From the NCBI GenBank assembly GCA_965203805.1, contig OZ241917.1, positions 2,912,001 to 2,976,000 of the forward strand: 64,000 nucleotides of DNA. The letters are read 5' to 3'. Shown piece by piece: positions 1-10,830 of the stretch. The stretch is from Candidatus Latescibacterota bacterium. GTDB taxonomy: Bacteria; Latescibacterota; UBA2968; GCA-2709665. A program made the position numbers and the translations under genes. The notes below the pieces were generated by a model, which did no database searches, was not told the origin of the DNA, and saw nothing but the letters and a program-made list of their open reading frames with translations. Position 1 is the stretch's first letter, and every line of letters begins with the position of its first letter.

Positions 1-786
1 TGCAGCCCCAACTACGCGCACGCGGATCAGGCGGTTGCGGCACTGGAAGCAGACAAGCACGTGATATGCGAGAAACCCCTTGCGACCACGCTGGAAGACT
101 GCGAACGGATCGTGCGGACGGCCGACACGAAACCTTCGTTGAAATTCATGGTCGGGCAGAGCGCGCGGTTCAATCCCATCTGCAAGACGATCAAACGCAT
201 GTACGACGCGGGAGAACTGGGAGAGGCCTTCTACGCCGAGGCGGACTATCTGCACAACATCGGGGAACGGATCAAGGACTGGTGGGTCGACGACCGGAAT
301 CCGCATTTCGGACTGATGGGAGGTGGCGTCCACCCCATCGATCTCCTGCGATGGATCGTGGGAGACATCGAGGAGGTGTTCGCGATATCCAACCATAAGG
401 TGCTCGCAGAATTCCCCCACGACGATGCATACCTGATGAATTTCAGGTTCGAGAACGGTTGCATGGGCAAGATGGCCGCGTTTCTCGGGTGCCAGCGTCC
501 GTACGAACTGAACCTCGCTATATACGGCACAAGGGGCACGGCCATCAACGACAGGTTATACCTCAGCAAAATCGAGGAACTGGAGGAGTTTATCCGGCTG
601 CCGATCACGATTCTTGCGGAACACCCCACGTTCGCCGAGGAAATGGCGCATTTCGTGGACTGTATCCTGAACGACAAAACACCGATGATCGACGTACGGG
701 ACGGCGCGAAATCCGCCGCGACGTGCATCGCGGGCGCGGCCTCCATCGAAACAGGCAAACCCGTCCACGTGAGGAATACGTTTTGA
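1..786 (+). CDS. Gfo/Idh/MocA family oxidoreductase (5' partial)
   Basis: Frame open from base 1: CSPNYAHADQAVAALEADKHVICEKP; later GGGVHPIDL motif. Confidence 0.9.
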   Translation, partial: CSPNYAHADQAVAALEADKHVICEKPLATTLEDCERIVRTADTKPSLKFMVGQSARFNPICKTIKRMYDAGELGEAFYAEADYLHNIGERIKDWWVDDRNPHFGLMGGGVHPIDLLRWIVGDIEEVFAISNHKVLAEFPHDDAYLMNFRFENGCMGKMAAFLGCQRPYELNLAIYGTRGTAINDRLYLSKIEELEEFIRLPITILAEHPTFAEEMAHFVDCILNDKTPMIDVRDGAKSAATCIAGAASIETGKPVHVRNTF

Positions 787-811
787 ATACATTGTATTTA
801 TGGAGAATCCG

Positions 812-1609
812 ATGAAACTCTCCCTGTCCGGCAGGCTGATTGAAATGACGAAGCAGTCCTACGCGATGACGGTGGAAGAATTCCTCGAACTGACGGTTAG
901 CGCTGGCTATGAGGGCGTTCACCTGAGGGACGGGCAGGTCGATCACCTCATCAAGGACGAACGCTTCGATGAAGTTGAAGCCCTCTATGCCGGTCATGGA
1001 CTGGCCTGCAGCATGCTCTGGGGTCGGCTGGATTCGGCTTCGTTCGACGCGGACCTGACAAAGAAGAAGCTGGCCCTTCTGCCACGGGTCGGCCTGGATC
1101 AGCTGATGATCGGGTATCCGACGGATATCGAATTGATCCGTGAGTGGTGCGACCTGGCGGCGCGGCGCGACACCGATCTGGTCATCGCCTGTCATTTCAA
1201 CAGCATGTTCGAGGATATCCTGCGCGCCCGCGACTTCATCGGGAAGGTGGACCGCCCGAACCTCGGGCTCAACGTCGATCCGTTGAATATCCACATGGCC
1301 GAACAGGACTACGGCCTGGCCACCCTGGAACAGGTGAAGAACCTGCTCCGCATCGTCAACGTACAGGGCGGCGTACTGCACCAGGGCGATCAGACCATTC
1401 ACCGGTATTACCTGAAGACCACCCCGACGTTCCGCAGGGTGTACCTGTGCGAAGAGGACCATCTTGACATTCCGCAATTCATATCGAACCTGAAAATCAT
1501 CGGATATGAAGGATACGTCAACGTCCTGGAACCGTATTCGAAGGACCATAACCTCCCGCGGGTCGCATCGGAAACGGCGCGCCTTCTGCAGGGATATATC
1601 GACGCTTGA
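812..1609 (+). CDS. Sugar phosphate isomerase/epimerase (xylose isomerase-like TIM barrel)
   Basis: GYEGVHL, LGLNVDPLN and GYEGYVNVLE motifs; GGAG RBS before ATG 812. Confidence 0.75.
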   Translation: MKLSLSGRLIEMTKQSYAMTVEEFLELTVSAGYEGVHLRDGQVDHLIKDERFDEVEALYAGHGLACSMLWGRLDSASFDADLTKKKLALLPRVGLDQLMIGYPTDIELIREWCDLAARRDTDLVIACHFNSMFEDILRARDFIGKVDRPNLGLNVDPLNIHMAEQDYGLATLEQVKNLLRIVNVQGGVLHQGDQTIHRYYLKTTPTFRRVYLCEEDHLDIPQFISNLKIIGYEGYVNVLEPYSKDHNLPRVASETARLLQGYIDA

Positions 1610-2140
1610 TGACATCCCCCGGAATCCGGATCCAGCCTCGTCAGCACCGGACACCGCGTTCTCCGCGAAGCGCTGCCACGAAAACCGATGAATTTTCGAC
1701 GATTCGTGACAAAACCGCGACATTTCCGTAACACTTTTTTCTTTACCTTAAATCCAGGCGTGCATCGTGTAGTGCCGTGCGGGAAGGGGGGCCTGCCTGC
1801 AGCGCCTGTCTGCCGGTCTCCGCACGCGGCCACACAGCCAGCCCAACGGCTCGCCTCACCGGGGTCGGTACGTTCGGGAGACTATTATTAGGTTCTTTTG
1901 AATCCCGGATGAAAAACACTTGACAACGATGGTTATCTTCCATTACTTGCGATTTGTAGTAATCCTACTATCGAACATTGATCGGTGTCAATTCTCACCT
2001 TATCTCGACCAATTGCGCATACACGGCGGACAGTTGCACTAAGGAGGTGATGGTTCGACGGGACACGCAGTATGTTTGGCACTTGGCACCGGGTCGTCCG
2101 GATGTCGCACCAGGCATCGGAATTATTAAGGAGGTTGTAT

Positions 2141-2857
2141 ATGCGTAACGGCATATTGGTATGTATCGCAGCGGCGTTGCTGCTGCTTTCGGCGGGAACG
2201 GTCTACGGGGGCGGCGTGGCCGGAAGTTGGGGGCTTGGGACGTTCCTGGACTACAACCGGTCGATCTTCAAGCTGAAGGACTGGTACGAAACCGGCCGGG
2301 GGCAGGCCGGCGTGGTGTTCACCTACGTGATGAGTCCGCGGACCAGCGTGGAAATGGAATTTCACCGCTCCATTTTCGAGAACGGAACACTGGAAGACCG
2401 CGCGTTTAACTGGCCCATAGACGAAAGAGATTATAAGTCACCCAACGCGGTGAGCGAGATGCGCATCAGCAGCTTTCTGGTGAACGCGGTGGTCAGACGC
2501 GGAGGCGGAGGCATCCTGGCCAAGGAGAAGTACTCCACCTACGTGACCGTCGGCGCGGGCTTCTACGACTACAAGACGGACGTGAGCGGCCTGATCTTTC
2601 CGGGGCAGCGCGAGGCGCCTATCGACAAGGATCTGGTGATGGAGCCGTTCAGCGATTCGCGCACGGCCCTGGGCGCCAACGTGGGCGTGGGCGTGGAAGC
2701 GTTCGTGTTCGACAACATTTCGCTGGACGTGCGGGCTCGGTACAATCTCCTGCTCGGCGAGTTGAGGCCGATGGAGGCATGGGGCCTCGAAGGCCAGACC
2801 TTTCCCATGCAGTTCCTGAACGCGCGGGGCGGCATCCGGTTCTACTTCAAGAAATAA
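2141..2857 (+). CDS. Outer-membrane beta-barrel protein (OmpA-like)
   Basis: Signal peptide, alternating beta strands, C-terminal IRFYF; AGGAGG RBS. Confidence 0.75.
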   Translation: MRNGILVCIAAALLLLSAGTVYGGGVAGSWGLGTFLDYNRSIFKLKDWYETGRGQAGVVFTYVMSPRTSVEMEFHRSIFENGTLEDRAFNWPIDERDYKSPNAVSEMRISSFLVNAVVRRGGGGILAKEKYSTYVTVGAGFYDYKTDVSGLIFPGQREAPIDKDLVMEPFSDSRTALGANVGVGVEAFVFDNISLDVRARYNLLLGELRPMEAWGLEGQTFPMQFLNARGGIRFYFKK

Positions 2858-2935
2858 CCAGGCAGGCGTGGTAGCCCGCCGGTTTTCAGTTGGAATGTCC
2901 TGCAAGTGAAACAAACGCCGCGAAAAGGAGGAACC

Positions 2936-5900
2936 ATGAGCAGGCTCAGGTTTTTGACGGGCGCTGTGGTCGTGTTGTTTGCCGTGTTCTTTGCCGCGGA
3001 CGCGATAATGGCCGCGACAACCGGCAAGATCGTCGGTCGCGTGACGGACGAGAAGGGCGAACCCCTGCCGGGCGCCAGTGTTGCGATCGAGGCAGCCCGG
3101 CTGGGTGGAACGACCGACGCGGACGGATTCTACGTGATCGTCTCCGTAACGCCCGGCCAGTACAAGCTGACGGCATCGATGGTGGGGTATCACTCGGTGG
3201 TCCAGGAGCAGGTGGGCGTACGGGTGGACTTCACCACAACGGTCGACTTTCAACTTCGTGAAACCGAACTGGAGCTGGAAGAGATGGTGGTGGTCGCCGA
3301 GAGACCCCCGGTCGATCCCGACAAGACGGACAGCCGTTACGTCGTGACCGCCGAGGAGATCGAGCGAACGCCCATTCTGAGAAACGTTACCGAGGTCCTG
3401 GAGCTCGAGCCGGGCTATGCCGTTGACGGCAGCGGCGCCATCCGGGGCTGGGTGGCCAGCCACAACGTCGTCTACGTCGACGGCGTTCCCGTTTCCGGCA
3501 GAGACGGGCGCGGCATCGGCGGCGGATGGGGCGACGGCGGCGAGAGACAGTGGTACGGCGTCAACCTCAAGGCCGTGCAGGAGGTCTCGGTCATCACGGG
3601 CGGAATGAACGCCGAGTACGGAAACGCGCAGGCCGGCGTCATCCAGATCGTAACGCGCGACGGCGGCGCGCAATATCACGGCGAGGCGGAGTATCGTCTC
3701 ACCCCTGCCGGCAAGAAACACTGGGGCGAGAATGTCTACGATGCGCCGGAGTTGCGCGGCAACGCGAAGTGGAACGATCCGGGGTGGACGAACGAGGTGG
3801 ACCCGGAGACGGGAAACCTGGTCCACTCGCGAACCAACTATATAGACTGGCGTGGCCACTACCTGGATGGGTTTCTGAGCGGCCCCCTGTTCGGAAACTC
3901 GTCATTCTTCGCCAGCGCCCGGCACCTGCGTGACGCCGCCGTGCTCCCCGGCCCGTGGCGCACCCGACCGGCAAACCTGAGAACCACGGCAAAGCTGACG
4001 GTCCCGGCCGGGTCGAACATGAAGCTGCGGATCGGATGGATGTACGACTTTGCGGAGAATTTCAACAACGGACGACTGTCCAGATACAGCTTCCCGAACG
4101 TCATCCGGGGAACGGGACGCGACCTCTTCATTCCCGATGGATCGATCGCGGGTGAGGAAAAACAGACGGACAACATGGTCTACGGCGTGATCACCCATAC
4201 CATCAGTCCCAGGACGTTCTACGAGGTGAGCGTATCGCGCTATGGAAGCCGAACGGACACCAGCGGCGTGGGGAATAAAACCACGGCCGTCAGGACCGAC
4301 AGCGAAGGCTACTTCTACATCGGCCGGGAAGACGTCTGGGCCTTCAAGGTCGGCGAACAGAACCGTTTCGGCCTGAAGGCCGACCTGTCCAGCCAGATGA
4401 CGCGGGGCCACTTCGCCAAGACCGGCTTCGAGTTCATGACGTTCGAGAACTGGTGGACGTGGACCGGCATGACGCCCGGCGACGCGAAACGGGATATCCG
4501 TTACATCGGGCAGCCCGAACCCGGCGAGGCCGTGACGCCAAAGCAATTCGGCGCCTACGTCCAGGACAAAATGGAGTTCGAGGGGCTGATCGTCAACGTC
4601 GGCCTGCGCTACGACCGCCTGTGGGGTCAGGACGTGCAGTTGCTGCCATCGTTCACGTCCGGGTGGTACAACGCAATGGATACGTTCATCCAGGCGCCCA
4701 CGGGACCCATGCGGACCATACAGGGCTGGAGCCCCAGGCTGGGCATCTCGCACCCCATCACGGCCAGGTCCAGCATGCATTTCTATTACGGCCGATACAT
4801 GATGATCCCCTCCTTCCGGCAACAGTTCGGCAGCCATTGGGAGACGGCTTCAGGGCCCGTGGGGATTCCGGGCGTCCCGTGGAGTCATTTCAACGCGAAA
4901 GACGAAAGCTACGGCGCCAACGTCATCAGCCCGGTCTGGGACCACGGTCACCCCACGACCAGTTTCGAAGTGGGCACCGACTGGAACTTCGTAAGCGACT
5001 ATGTCTTTTCTCTGGCGGCGTTCTACAAGAGCGGCCATCTTCAGAGCACAGGCATCTGGCACGACGCCGTCGATCCTGTCACGGGCAGGACGGGCGCAAT
5101 CGGGGGCACGTACGGTTCCGAACGTACTGAAGACGTCAAGGGGTTCGAGTTCAGCATGCGGAAGGGCTTCAGCAACTTTTTCGCCTTCCGCGCCGCTTTG
5201 AACTTGGAATGGCTGGAAGCCATCCACTGGCTGGGCGACCCGGAGACGGTTGCCAGCGTCCTGATCTATCCCGACCGGAGTTTCATCGCCAGCGGAAGAT
5301 ATCACAAGGAATGGCGCGTCGCGGGCGGCCGAAGGGAACCGGTCCCGCTTACGGCGGAGGAGATCAAAACGCTTGGCGACAAGGCGGAAGAGAACCTGCA
5401 AAAGGTCCGGGAAAATGTGAATGCCTTCAACGCCCGCGGCTCGGCGCCTCTCCAGCCTGCGTGGGAAGTCGAGGGCCTGACGGACGAAGCGCGGGAATGG
5501 CTTCAGGGCATCTGGTTTCAGAAGTTCTGGTTCAGTACCGGCAATATCTTCACGCGCGGACGCCGCAGCCAGGGCAGCCTTCAGATGTTCTTCTCCTCCC
5601 CGCTCGACTTCGGTCCGGGCGCACAGTACGCGGGCGCCACACTGTTCGGCGGCATCAACGCCAACCTGATCTACCGGATCTACACGGGCAGCAAGTTCAA
5701 TTACATCAAGCTGACCGGAGCCAACACGCCGGCGAGACGGCCCCTGCACACGGAAGCCGACCTGAACCTGCAGAAGCACTTCCGATTCGGGAACGTGAAC
5801 GCCGATGTGTTCGTGGAAGTGTTCAACCTGTTCAACCAGCAGGACGCCAGTGGCGTCACCGGAACAGACTACATGTGGTGGGGGCTCCAGCAGCCCAGGC

Positions 5901-6001
5901 CCAACGACGCGACGTACCTCAATTACGGGGACGTTTCCGACCGTTCGCGCTATATAGGCAATCCCCGGATAACGCACATGGGAATCAGGTTGAGCTTCTG
6001 A
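2936..6001 (+). CDS. TonB-dependent receptor with N-terminal carboxypeptidase-regulatory-like domain
   Basis: TTGKIVGRVTD..GEPLPGA, plug GGMNAEYGNAQAGVI, YVQDKMEF, SPRLGISHPIT, terminal Phe. Confidence 0.93.
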   Translation: MSRLRFLTGAVVVLFAVFFAADAIMAATTGKIVGRVTDEKGEPLPGASVAIEAARLGGTTDADGFYVIVSVTPGQYKLTASMVGYHSVVQEQVGVRVDFTTTVDFQLRETELELEEMVVVAERPPVDPDKTDSRYVVTAEEIERTPILRNVTEVLELEPGYAVDGSGAIRGWVASHNVVYVDGVPVSGRDGRGIGGGWGDGGERQWYGVNLKAVQEVSVITGGMNAEYGNAQAGVIQIVTRDGGAQYHGEAEYRLTPAGKKHWGENVYDAPELRGNAKWNDPGWTNEVDPETGNLVHSRTNYIDWRGHYLDGFLSGPLFGNSSFFASARHLRDAAVLPGPWRTRPANLRTTAKLTVPAGSNMKLRIGWMYDFAENFNNGRLSRYSFPNVIRGTGRDLFIPDGSIAGEEKQTDNMVYGVITHTISPRTFYEVSVSRYGSRTDTSGVGNKTTAVRTDSEGYFYIGREDVWAFKVGEQNRFGLKADLSSQMTRGHFAKTGFEFMTFENWWTWTGMTPGDAKRDIRYIGQPEPGEAVTPKQFGAYVQDKMEFEGLIVNVGLRYDRLWGQDVQLLPSFTSGWYNAMDTFIQAPTGPMRTIQGWSPRLGISHPITARSSMHFYYGRYMMIPSFRQQFGSHWETASGPVGIPGVPWSHFNAKDESYGANVISPVWDHGHPTTSFEVGTDWNFVSDYVFSLAAFYKSGHLQSTGIWHDAVDPVTGRTGAIGGTYGSERTEDVKGFEFSMRKGFSNFFAFRAALNLEWLEAIHWLGDPETVASVLIYPDRSFIASGRYHKEWRVAGGRREPVPLTAEEIKTLGDKAEENLQKVRENVNAFNARGSAPLQPAWEVEGLTDEAREWLQGIWFQKFWFSTGNIFTRGRRSQGSLQMFFSSPLDFGPGAQYAGATLFGGINANLIYRIYTGSKFNYIKLTGANTPARRPLHTEADLNLQKHFRFGNVNADVFVEVFNLFNQQDASGVTGTDYMWWGLQQPRPNDATYLNYGDVSDRSRYIGNPRITHMGIRLSF

Positions 6002-6067
6002 CGTGAGTGAGCCCCTCCGGAGAAGGAGGGACCGAACTCATTGGTCATCTATGAGGAGGTCAAGGAA

Positions 6068-8338
6068 ATGAACAGGAATATCGTAAGCGGGATTGCGCTC
6101 CTGGCTCTGGTGTTCAGCACCGCGGTACACGCGGAACTCCGGGTCCAGTCCCGTGCGAAAGTATGGGACATCTACTGGAACTCGGGCACCCAGGGTGTGC
6201 GCGCCGCCACGCCCATGAGCTGGTACCGGCCCGTCGGTATGGCGTATCCAGGCAGGTTCTGGGTGCAGTACCCACAGGAATTCATAGACTACTGGGGCAC
6301 CCGGACCTGGGGCGTCCGGTCCGAATGGGTGGTCTACTACAACGAATTGTGCGGCACCATGCCCGGCTGGAACCAGTTCATCGCCACACGGGTGGGCGGC
6401 GATTACCACGTTTCCGAATCCAAGGCCACGCTTGAATCGGAGGACGTGGTCCCCATGGCCTACGATCCTTCGCAGGGGCCGGAGAGCAATATCGGCTACC
6501 GGAAGGTGTCGCCCCTCGGTCCCGTGATGGCCAACTGGTGGGCGGGGCAGCCCGCGCCGGGACCCGGTTCGCCGGTAGAGATCCACAACTACCGGTACAG
6601 CGAATACATGGAGGCCGACAAGGACAATTTTCCGGAGAGCATTATCGTCAGCAAGTGGACGACGAAGAACGGCATCACGGTAACGAAGAAGTCTTACGCG
6701 TGGAGCTACCCGGACTTCGACGACTTCCAGATTCTGGAATATACGTTCGAGAATACCGGAGATTCCGACGGTGACGGTGTGGCGGACCTCGGCGGCGGCG
6801 GGCTGCAGCTGAACGATACGTTTCTGATTTTCTCCACGCGCTTTTACGCCTCCCAGTGCGGCCAGGCCCACTATGCGGGGGATTCGTTCTTCCGGCGCAC
6901 CATTCCGATCGCGCTGGACGATTGGTACAAATATACGGAAGCGGCCAACTTCGACGGACCGGGAGATGCGTTGGGGCTCAAGATGTGGTACGCCTTCGAC
7001 GGGGAGAATCCCGACCTGCCGGGAAACGACATCGGCAAACCGTATAGCGAGGAACGCGCAAACTCAAGCTGGCACCAGTGCTGTCTCAAGCAGACGAAGA
7101 TCGAGGGGGAGATGGGGGCCTTCCAGTACATCGGCGCCGCCCCGCTGGCCTACACGCCCGGGATGGTCAACGATGCTTCGACCTTTACGTTCGACACCGG
7201 CGGAGACGCGAGCTTTATCGAGCCCCGGGTGGCCGACCAGCCTCATACCGTCAAGTGGTGGGACTACAGGGACCGAACCGATTTTTCGGAACCCGGTTCC
7301 GAGAACAGGAGTTCCGAGCAGATCTACAACGAACTGACGAGTCCCGCGCCATTCATCATGGACAATCCCACCACGATTGACGGGCTCGTCGCTTCCTTCG
7401 CCTATGGGCCCTACGACATGGCCCCCGGAGACAAGGTGAGAATCGTCTATGCCCTGGTGGCGGCCGCGCCGGTGGAGGAAAATATCTACGGATGGGCCAA
7501 GCAGAGCCGACAGGAAGATATGTTGTCGGACAAGCCCATGAACAACCTGCTCAAACACCATAAGGCCGCCGCCGACGCTTTCAGGTGGAACTACGATTTG
7601 CCCGATCCCCCGCCTGACGTAAAGACGGAGGTGACCGCTTCAGTCGACGGATTCAACCTGATCAAGTGGACCGACGCGGGCGACAACGCGACCGACCCGG
7701 ACTACACGGGCGCGGAGGCGCAGGATATCGTGGGCTACCGGGCCTACCGCTCGGACTACAAGATCGACGACTGGAAGCTGATGGCCGATATTCCGCTGAA
7801 GGACCCGGAATACTATAGCGGCGGCACCTACCAGATCGAAGACCGGAAGTCCGTTGCGGGTTTCGAGTACACCTACCGGGTGGCCGCCTATGACTCCGGG
7901 CACGACGACTGGAACGGTACCGGGATGGCCATTCCGTCCATGGAGGGTGGAAACAGCGCGCCCGAGCAGTGGGCGGGCGGTGTCATGACCAGCGTACCCT
8001 TCGTGCCGGCCAACGCGTCGGCCGACCAGTTGGCACGGGACGTGATCGTCGTCCCCAATCCGCACAAGGTGGACGGCGCCCATAACTATCCTTCGGCGGG
8101 GTTGATACGGTTTACGAATATCCCGCAGAAGTGCACGATCCGGATCTACACCGTGGCGGGCGAGCTTGCCGCCCTGATTGAACATGAAGACCCCGCCCGG
8201 GGCGAAGCCGGGTGGAACCAGATCCCCCATTCGCGCGGCGGGGACGTGCCCGCCGGCGTCTATTACTGGATCGTCGAATCCCAGATGCCGGGGAGCGCCG
8301 GCCAGACGCAGCGGGGAACGTTGATGATCATCAAGTAG
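6068..8338 (+). CDS. Secreted protein with FN3-like region and T9SS-type C-terminal sorting domain
   Basis: Signal peptide; GYRAYRS..YTYRVAAYD; VVPNP..IRFTNIP..TIRIYTVAGEL..GVYYW..LMIIK. Confidence 0.8.
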   Translation: MNRNIVSGIALLALVFSTAVHAELRVQSRAKVWDIYWNSGTQGVRAATPMSWYRPVGMAYPGRFWVQYPQEFIDYWGTRTWGVRSEWVVYYNELCGTMPGWNQFIATRVGGDYHVSESKATLESEDVVPMAYDPSQGPESNIGYRKVSPLGPVMANWWAGQPAPGPGSPVEIHNYRYSEYMEADKDNFPESIIVSKWTTKNGITVTKKSYAWSYPDFDDFQILEYTFENTGDSDGDGVADLGGGGLQLNDTFLIFSTRFYASQCGQAHYAGDSFFRRTIPIALDDWYKYTEAANFDGPGDALGLKMWYAFDGENPDLPGNDIGKPYSEERANSSWHQCCLKQTKIEGEMGAFQYIGAAPLAYTPGMVNDASTFTFDTGGDASFIEPRVADQPHTVKWWDYRDRTDFSEPGSENRSSEQIYNELTSPAPFIMDNPTTIDGLVASFAYGPYDMAPGDKVRIVYALVAAAPVEENIYGWAKQSRQEDMLSDKPMNNLLKHHKAAADAFRWNYDLPDPPPDVKTEVTASVDGFNLIKWTDAGDNATDPDYTGAEAQDIVGYRAYRSDYKIDDWKLMADIPLKDPEYYSGGTYQIEDRKSVAGFEYTYRVAAYDSGHDDWNGTGMAIPSMEGGNSAPEQWAGGVMTSVPFVPANASADQLARDVIVVPNPHKVDGAHNYPSAGLIRFTNIPQKCTIRIYTVAGELAALIEHEDPARGEAGWNQIPHSRGGDVPAGVYYWIVESQMPGSAGQTQRGTLMIIK

Positions 8339-8397
8339 GGGCAGACCTCTATTTCTGCTCGGCTCAGGTCCATATTGAAATACAAGGAGATGACGCA

Positions 8398-9351
8398 ATG
8401 AAACGGACGTTGTGGATCGGACTGACAGCGGCGGTGATCTGCGCCCTGCTCTGCCCGCGGGGGGCGGATGCCCAGGACCAGCGGCGGCTTGCGCGGATGG
8501 TTCTCCCTGTTCTGAAGATCGATCATGGAGCACGAATGGCAGGTATGGGCGGTGCGTTCGTGGCCGTATCGGACAATATCGATGCAATCTTTTCGAATCC
8601 GGCGGGTCTCACGCATATCGAGCGCGGCGCGTTTACGCTCGGATACACCCGGTGGCTGATGGGCGACCCCATCCTTACGGGCGGTATGGCCTACAACACG
8701 GCGTACGGCGTTCTGGGCATTAACGTGGTTACCTTCAGCCCCCACGAGTTCGAAGAGACGACCATTTTCCAGCCCACCGGGACCGGACGGAACCCCGATA
8801 TGGGCGATCTCTCGCTGGGCGTGGTCTACGCCAGGAAACTGACGGACAAACTCTCCGTCGGCTCAATGTTCCGCTGGACGCAACAAACGCTGGATACCGA
8901 CCGGCTGACCGCGTTCGACGTGGGCGTATCCACCTTTTTCTACACCGGTTTCAGAAGCCTGCGTCTCGGCATGACGTTTGAGAACATGGGCAAGGACGTC
9001 AAGGTGATCGATGACGTCAGAAAGATGCCGGTTTCCTTCAGCACGGCCGCGGCAATGGAGATTGTCGGCGCCGTGGGCGACCCAACCTATATCACGGCGA
9101 CCTTTGAAAACACGTACGCCACGGATTTCGCAGACCCGCAGTACCGGTTCGGCGGCGAACTCTGGCTTCAGAACAACTTTGCCCTCCGGGCGGGCTACAA
9201 GGCGAACTTCGACGAAGAGTCCTGGACGGCCGGGGCTGGGTTGAAGTTCTCGATGCCGAACGGACGGGTGGTGCAGGCCGACGTCGCGTACAGCGACTTT
9301 GGCGCATACCTGGATGCCCCGTTGCGGTTCACGCTGAGCGGCGCGTTCTGA
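8398..9351 (+). CDS. PorV/PorQ family outer-membrane protein
   Basis: GARMAGMGGAFVAVSD..AIFSNPAGL signature; C-terminal Phe. Confidence 0.85.
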   Translation: MKRTLWIGLTAAVICALLCPRGADAQDQRRLARMVLPVLKIDHGARMAGMGGAFVAVSDNIDAIFSNPAGLTHIERGAFTLGYTRWLMGDPILTGGMAYNTAYGVLGINVVTFSPHEFEETTIFQPTGTGRNPDMGDLSLGVVYARKLTDKLSVGSMFRWTQQTLDTDRLTAFDVGVSTFFYTGFRSLRLGMTFENMGKDVKVIDDVRKMPVSFSTAAAMEIVGAVGDPTYITATFENTYATDFADPQYRFGGELWLQNNFALRAGYKANFDEESWTAGAGLKFSMPNGRVVQADVAYSDFGAYLDAPLRFTLSGAF

Positions 9352-9377
9352 GGCTTCAGGCGTAATCGTTAAGGAAG

Positions 9378-9413
9378 AGAAATGGCGGTCCCCCGGGATT
9401 GCCATTTCTTTTT
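9378..9413 (+). terminator. Intrinsic terminator
   Basis: AGAAATGGC..GCCATTTCT stem followed by a T run. Confidence 0.8.
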
Positions 9414-9603
9414 ATGACGCTACTTAAAAACGGAAATGCGAATCAGATTGCCCAGGGTGATGTCGTGCAGTCTACCGGCGTTCTGATTTTTCGCTATGGC
9501 CCGGAAGAGTGGACATTTATCGTGGTTTTGGTTTTTATCCTGTCTATCCAAGTAAGTTTGGGACTTTGAACTAAAGAGGTTAAGTGGCGGTCGGGAGCGA
9601 GCC

Positions 9604-10818
9604 GTGGGTCGATTTCGAAAGATATGCCTGAAGTGCAACGCGCATCAGGACGATGCCGCGGCCCTGAACTGCTCCGTGTGCGCAGGACCCCTGGGGTTTC
9701 GATACAGCTATCGCGACGTACGCTGGGACGATCGTTTCGAAGGCTCGATGTGGCGCTACTGGCCCCTGCTTCCGGTTGACGGCCCCAACGGGGCTGTCAC
9801 CCTGGGCGAAGGCGGCACGCCACTGCTGCCCGCACAGAGCTTCGGCCGACGTCAGGTCTACCTGAAGGACGAGACCCGCAACCCCACGGGATCCCACAAG
9901 GACCGTTCGCTCTCGGTCGCGATCACACATGCGAAGGCCGTGGGCGCGGACGTCTCCGTCATTGTATCGACGGGCAGCGCGGGCATCTCGAACGCCGCCC
10001 TGGCGGCCAGGGCCGGAATGCGCAGTGTGGTCGTGATGACGGAAGGAACGCCGCCGGAACGGCTCTATCCCATGTTCGGCCTCGGCGCCGTGCTGCTCGA
10101 GGTGAGTGCGCAGATCGACCCGATCGTGGAGGGGGTCATTTCCGTCTGTCGGGCGCACGGACTCTATCTGAGCACCACCAGCAGGGAATCCAATCCGTAC
10201 CAGTCCGAAGGGAACAAGACCATCGCCTTCGAGATCGTGGAGGAACTGGGGCGGGCGCCGGACTGGGTGGTGGTTCCCGTGGGTGGCGGCGGTACGGTTT
10301 CGGGGGTCTGGCGCGGATTCCGGGAGTGCCGGGCGCTTGGGCTGATTGACGCCCTGCCCCGAATGGTTGGCGTGGTCCCGCGAGACTATAACGCGCTGGA
10401 GGCGGCCTTCGAACGCGGGCTGGAACAGTGGGAAGACGTGCTGGCGCTGCCTTATGACAACCTGCCGCCTTCCATTCTGGTGAAGCTTGCCCACAGCTAC
10501 CCCCCGGACGGCATGGAAGCTCTTCGGGCCATTCGTTCGTCGAAGGGGTTTTTTATTTCCGTTACAGACGACGAGGCACTGGCCGCCCAGGAGGCCTGCG
10601 GACGGCGGGAAGGATTGTTCGTGGAGCCGTCAACGGGCGCATGCCTGGCCGGAACCACCCGCCTGACGGACTCGGGGCAGGTCCGTCCGGAAGACGTCGT
10701 CGTCGCCATCGTCAGCGGTTCCGGCTACCGGGAAACGGCCTGTACGATGGACTCGCGCCCGCTGCGTAAACAGTCCGTTTCGCTCGAGGAACTATCAGGA
10801 GCCCTGTCGGGATCTTAG
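9604..10818 (+). CDS. Threonine synthase-like PLP enzyme (fold type II) with N-terminal Zn ribbon
   Basis: CxxC..CxxC, TLGEGGTP, NPTGSHKDR (PLP Lys), EGNKT, PVGGGG. Confidence 0.85.
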   Translation: MGRFRKICLKCNAHQDDAAALNCSVCAGPLGFRYSYRDVRWDDRFEGSMWRYWPLLPVDGPNGAVTLGEGGTPLLPAQSFGRRQVYLKDETRNPTGSHKDRSLSVAITHAKAVGADVSVIVSTGSAGISNAALAARAGMRSVVVMTEGTPPERLYPMFGLGAVLLEVSAQIDPIVEGVISVCRAHGLYLSTTSRESNPYQSEGNKTIAFEIVEELGRAPDWVVVPVGGGGTVSGVWRGFRECRALGLIDALPRMVGVVPRDYNALEAAFERGLEQWEDVLALPYDNLPPSILVKLAHSYPPDGMEALRAIRSSKGFFISVTDDEALAAQEACGRREGLFVEPSTGACLAGTTRLTDSGQVRPEDVVVAIVSGSGYRETACTMDSRPLRKQSVSLEELSGALSGS

Positions 10819-10830
10819 GGGATCGAATCT

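Noticed and set aside
1610-2140. Riboswitch (cobalamin/TPP) upstream of the TBDR operon
   Set aside because: No conserved aptamer motifs recognised; only a TTGACA at 1920 with a poor -10 and repeat fragments
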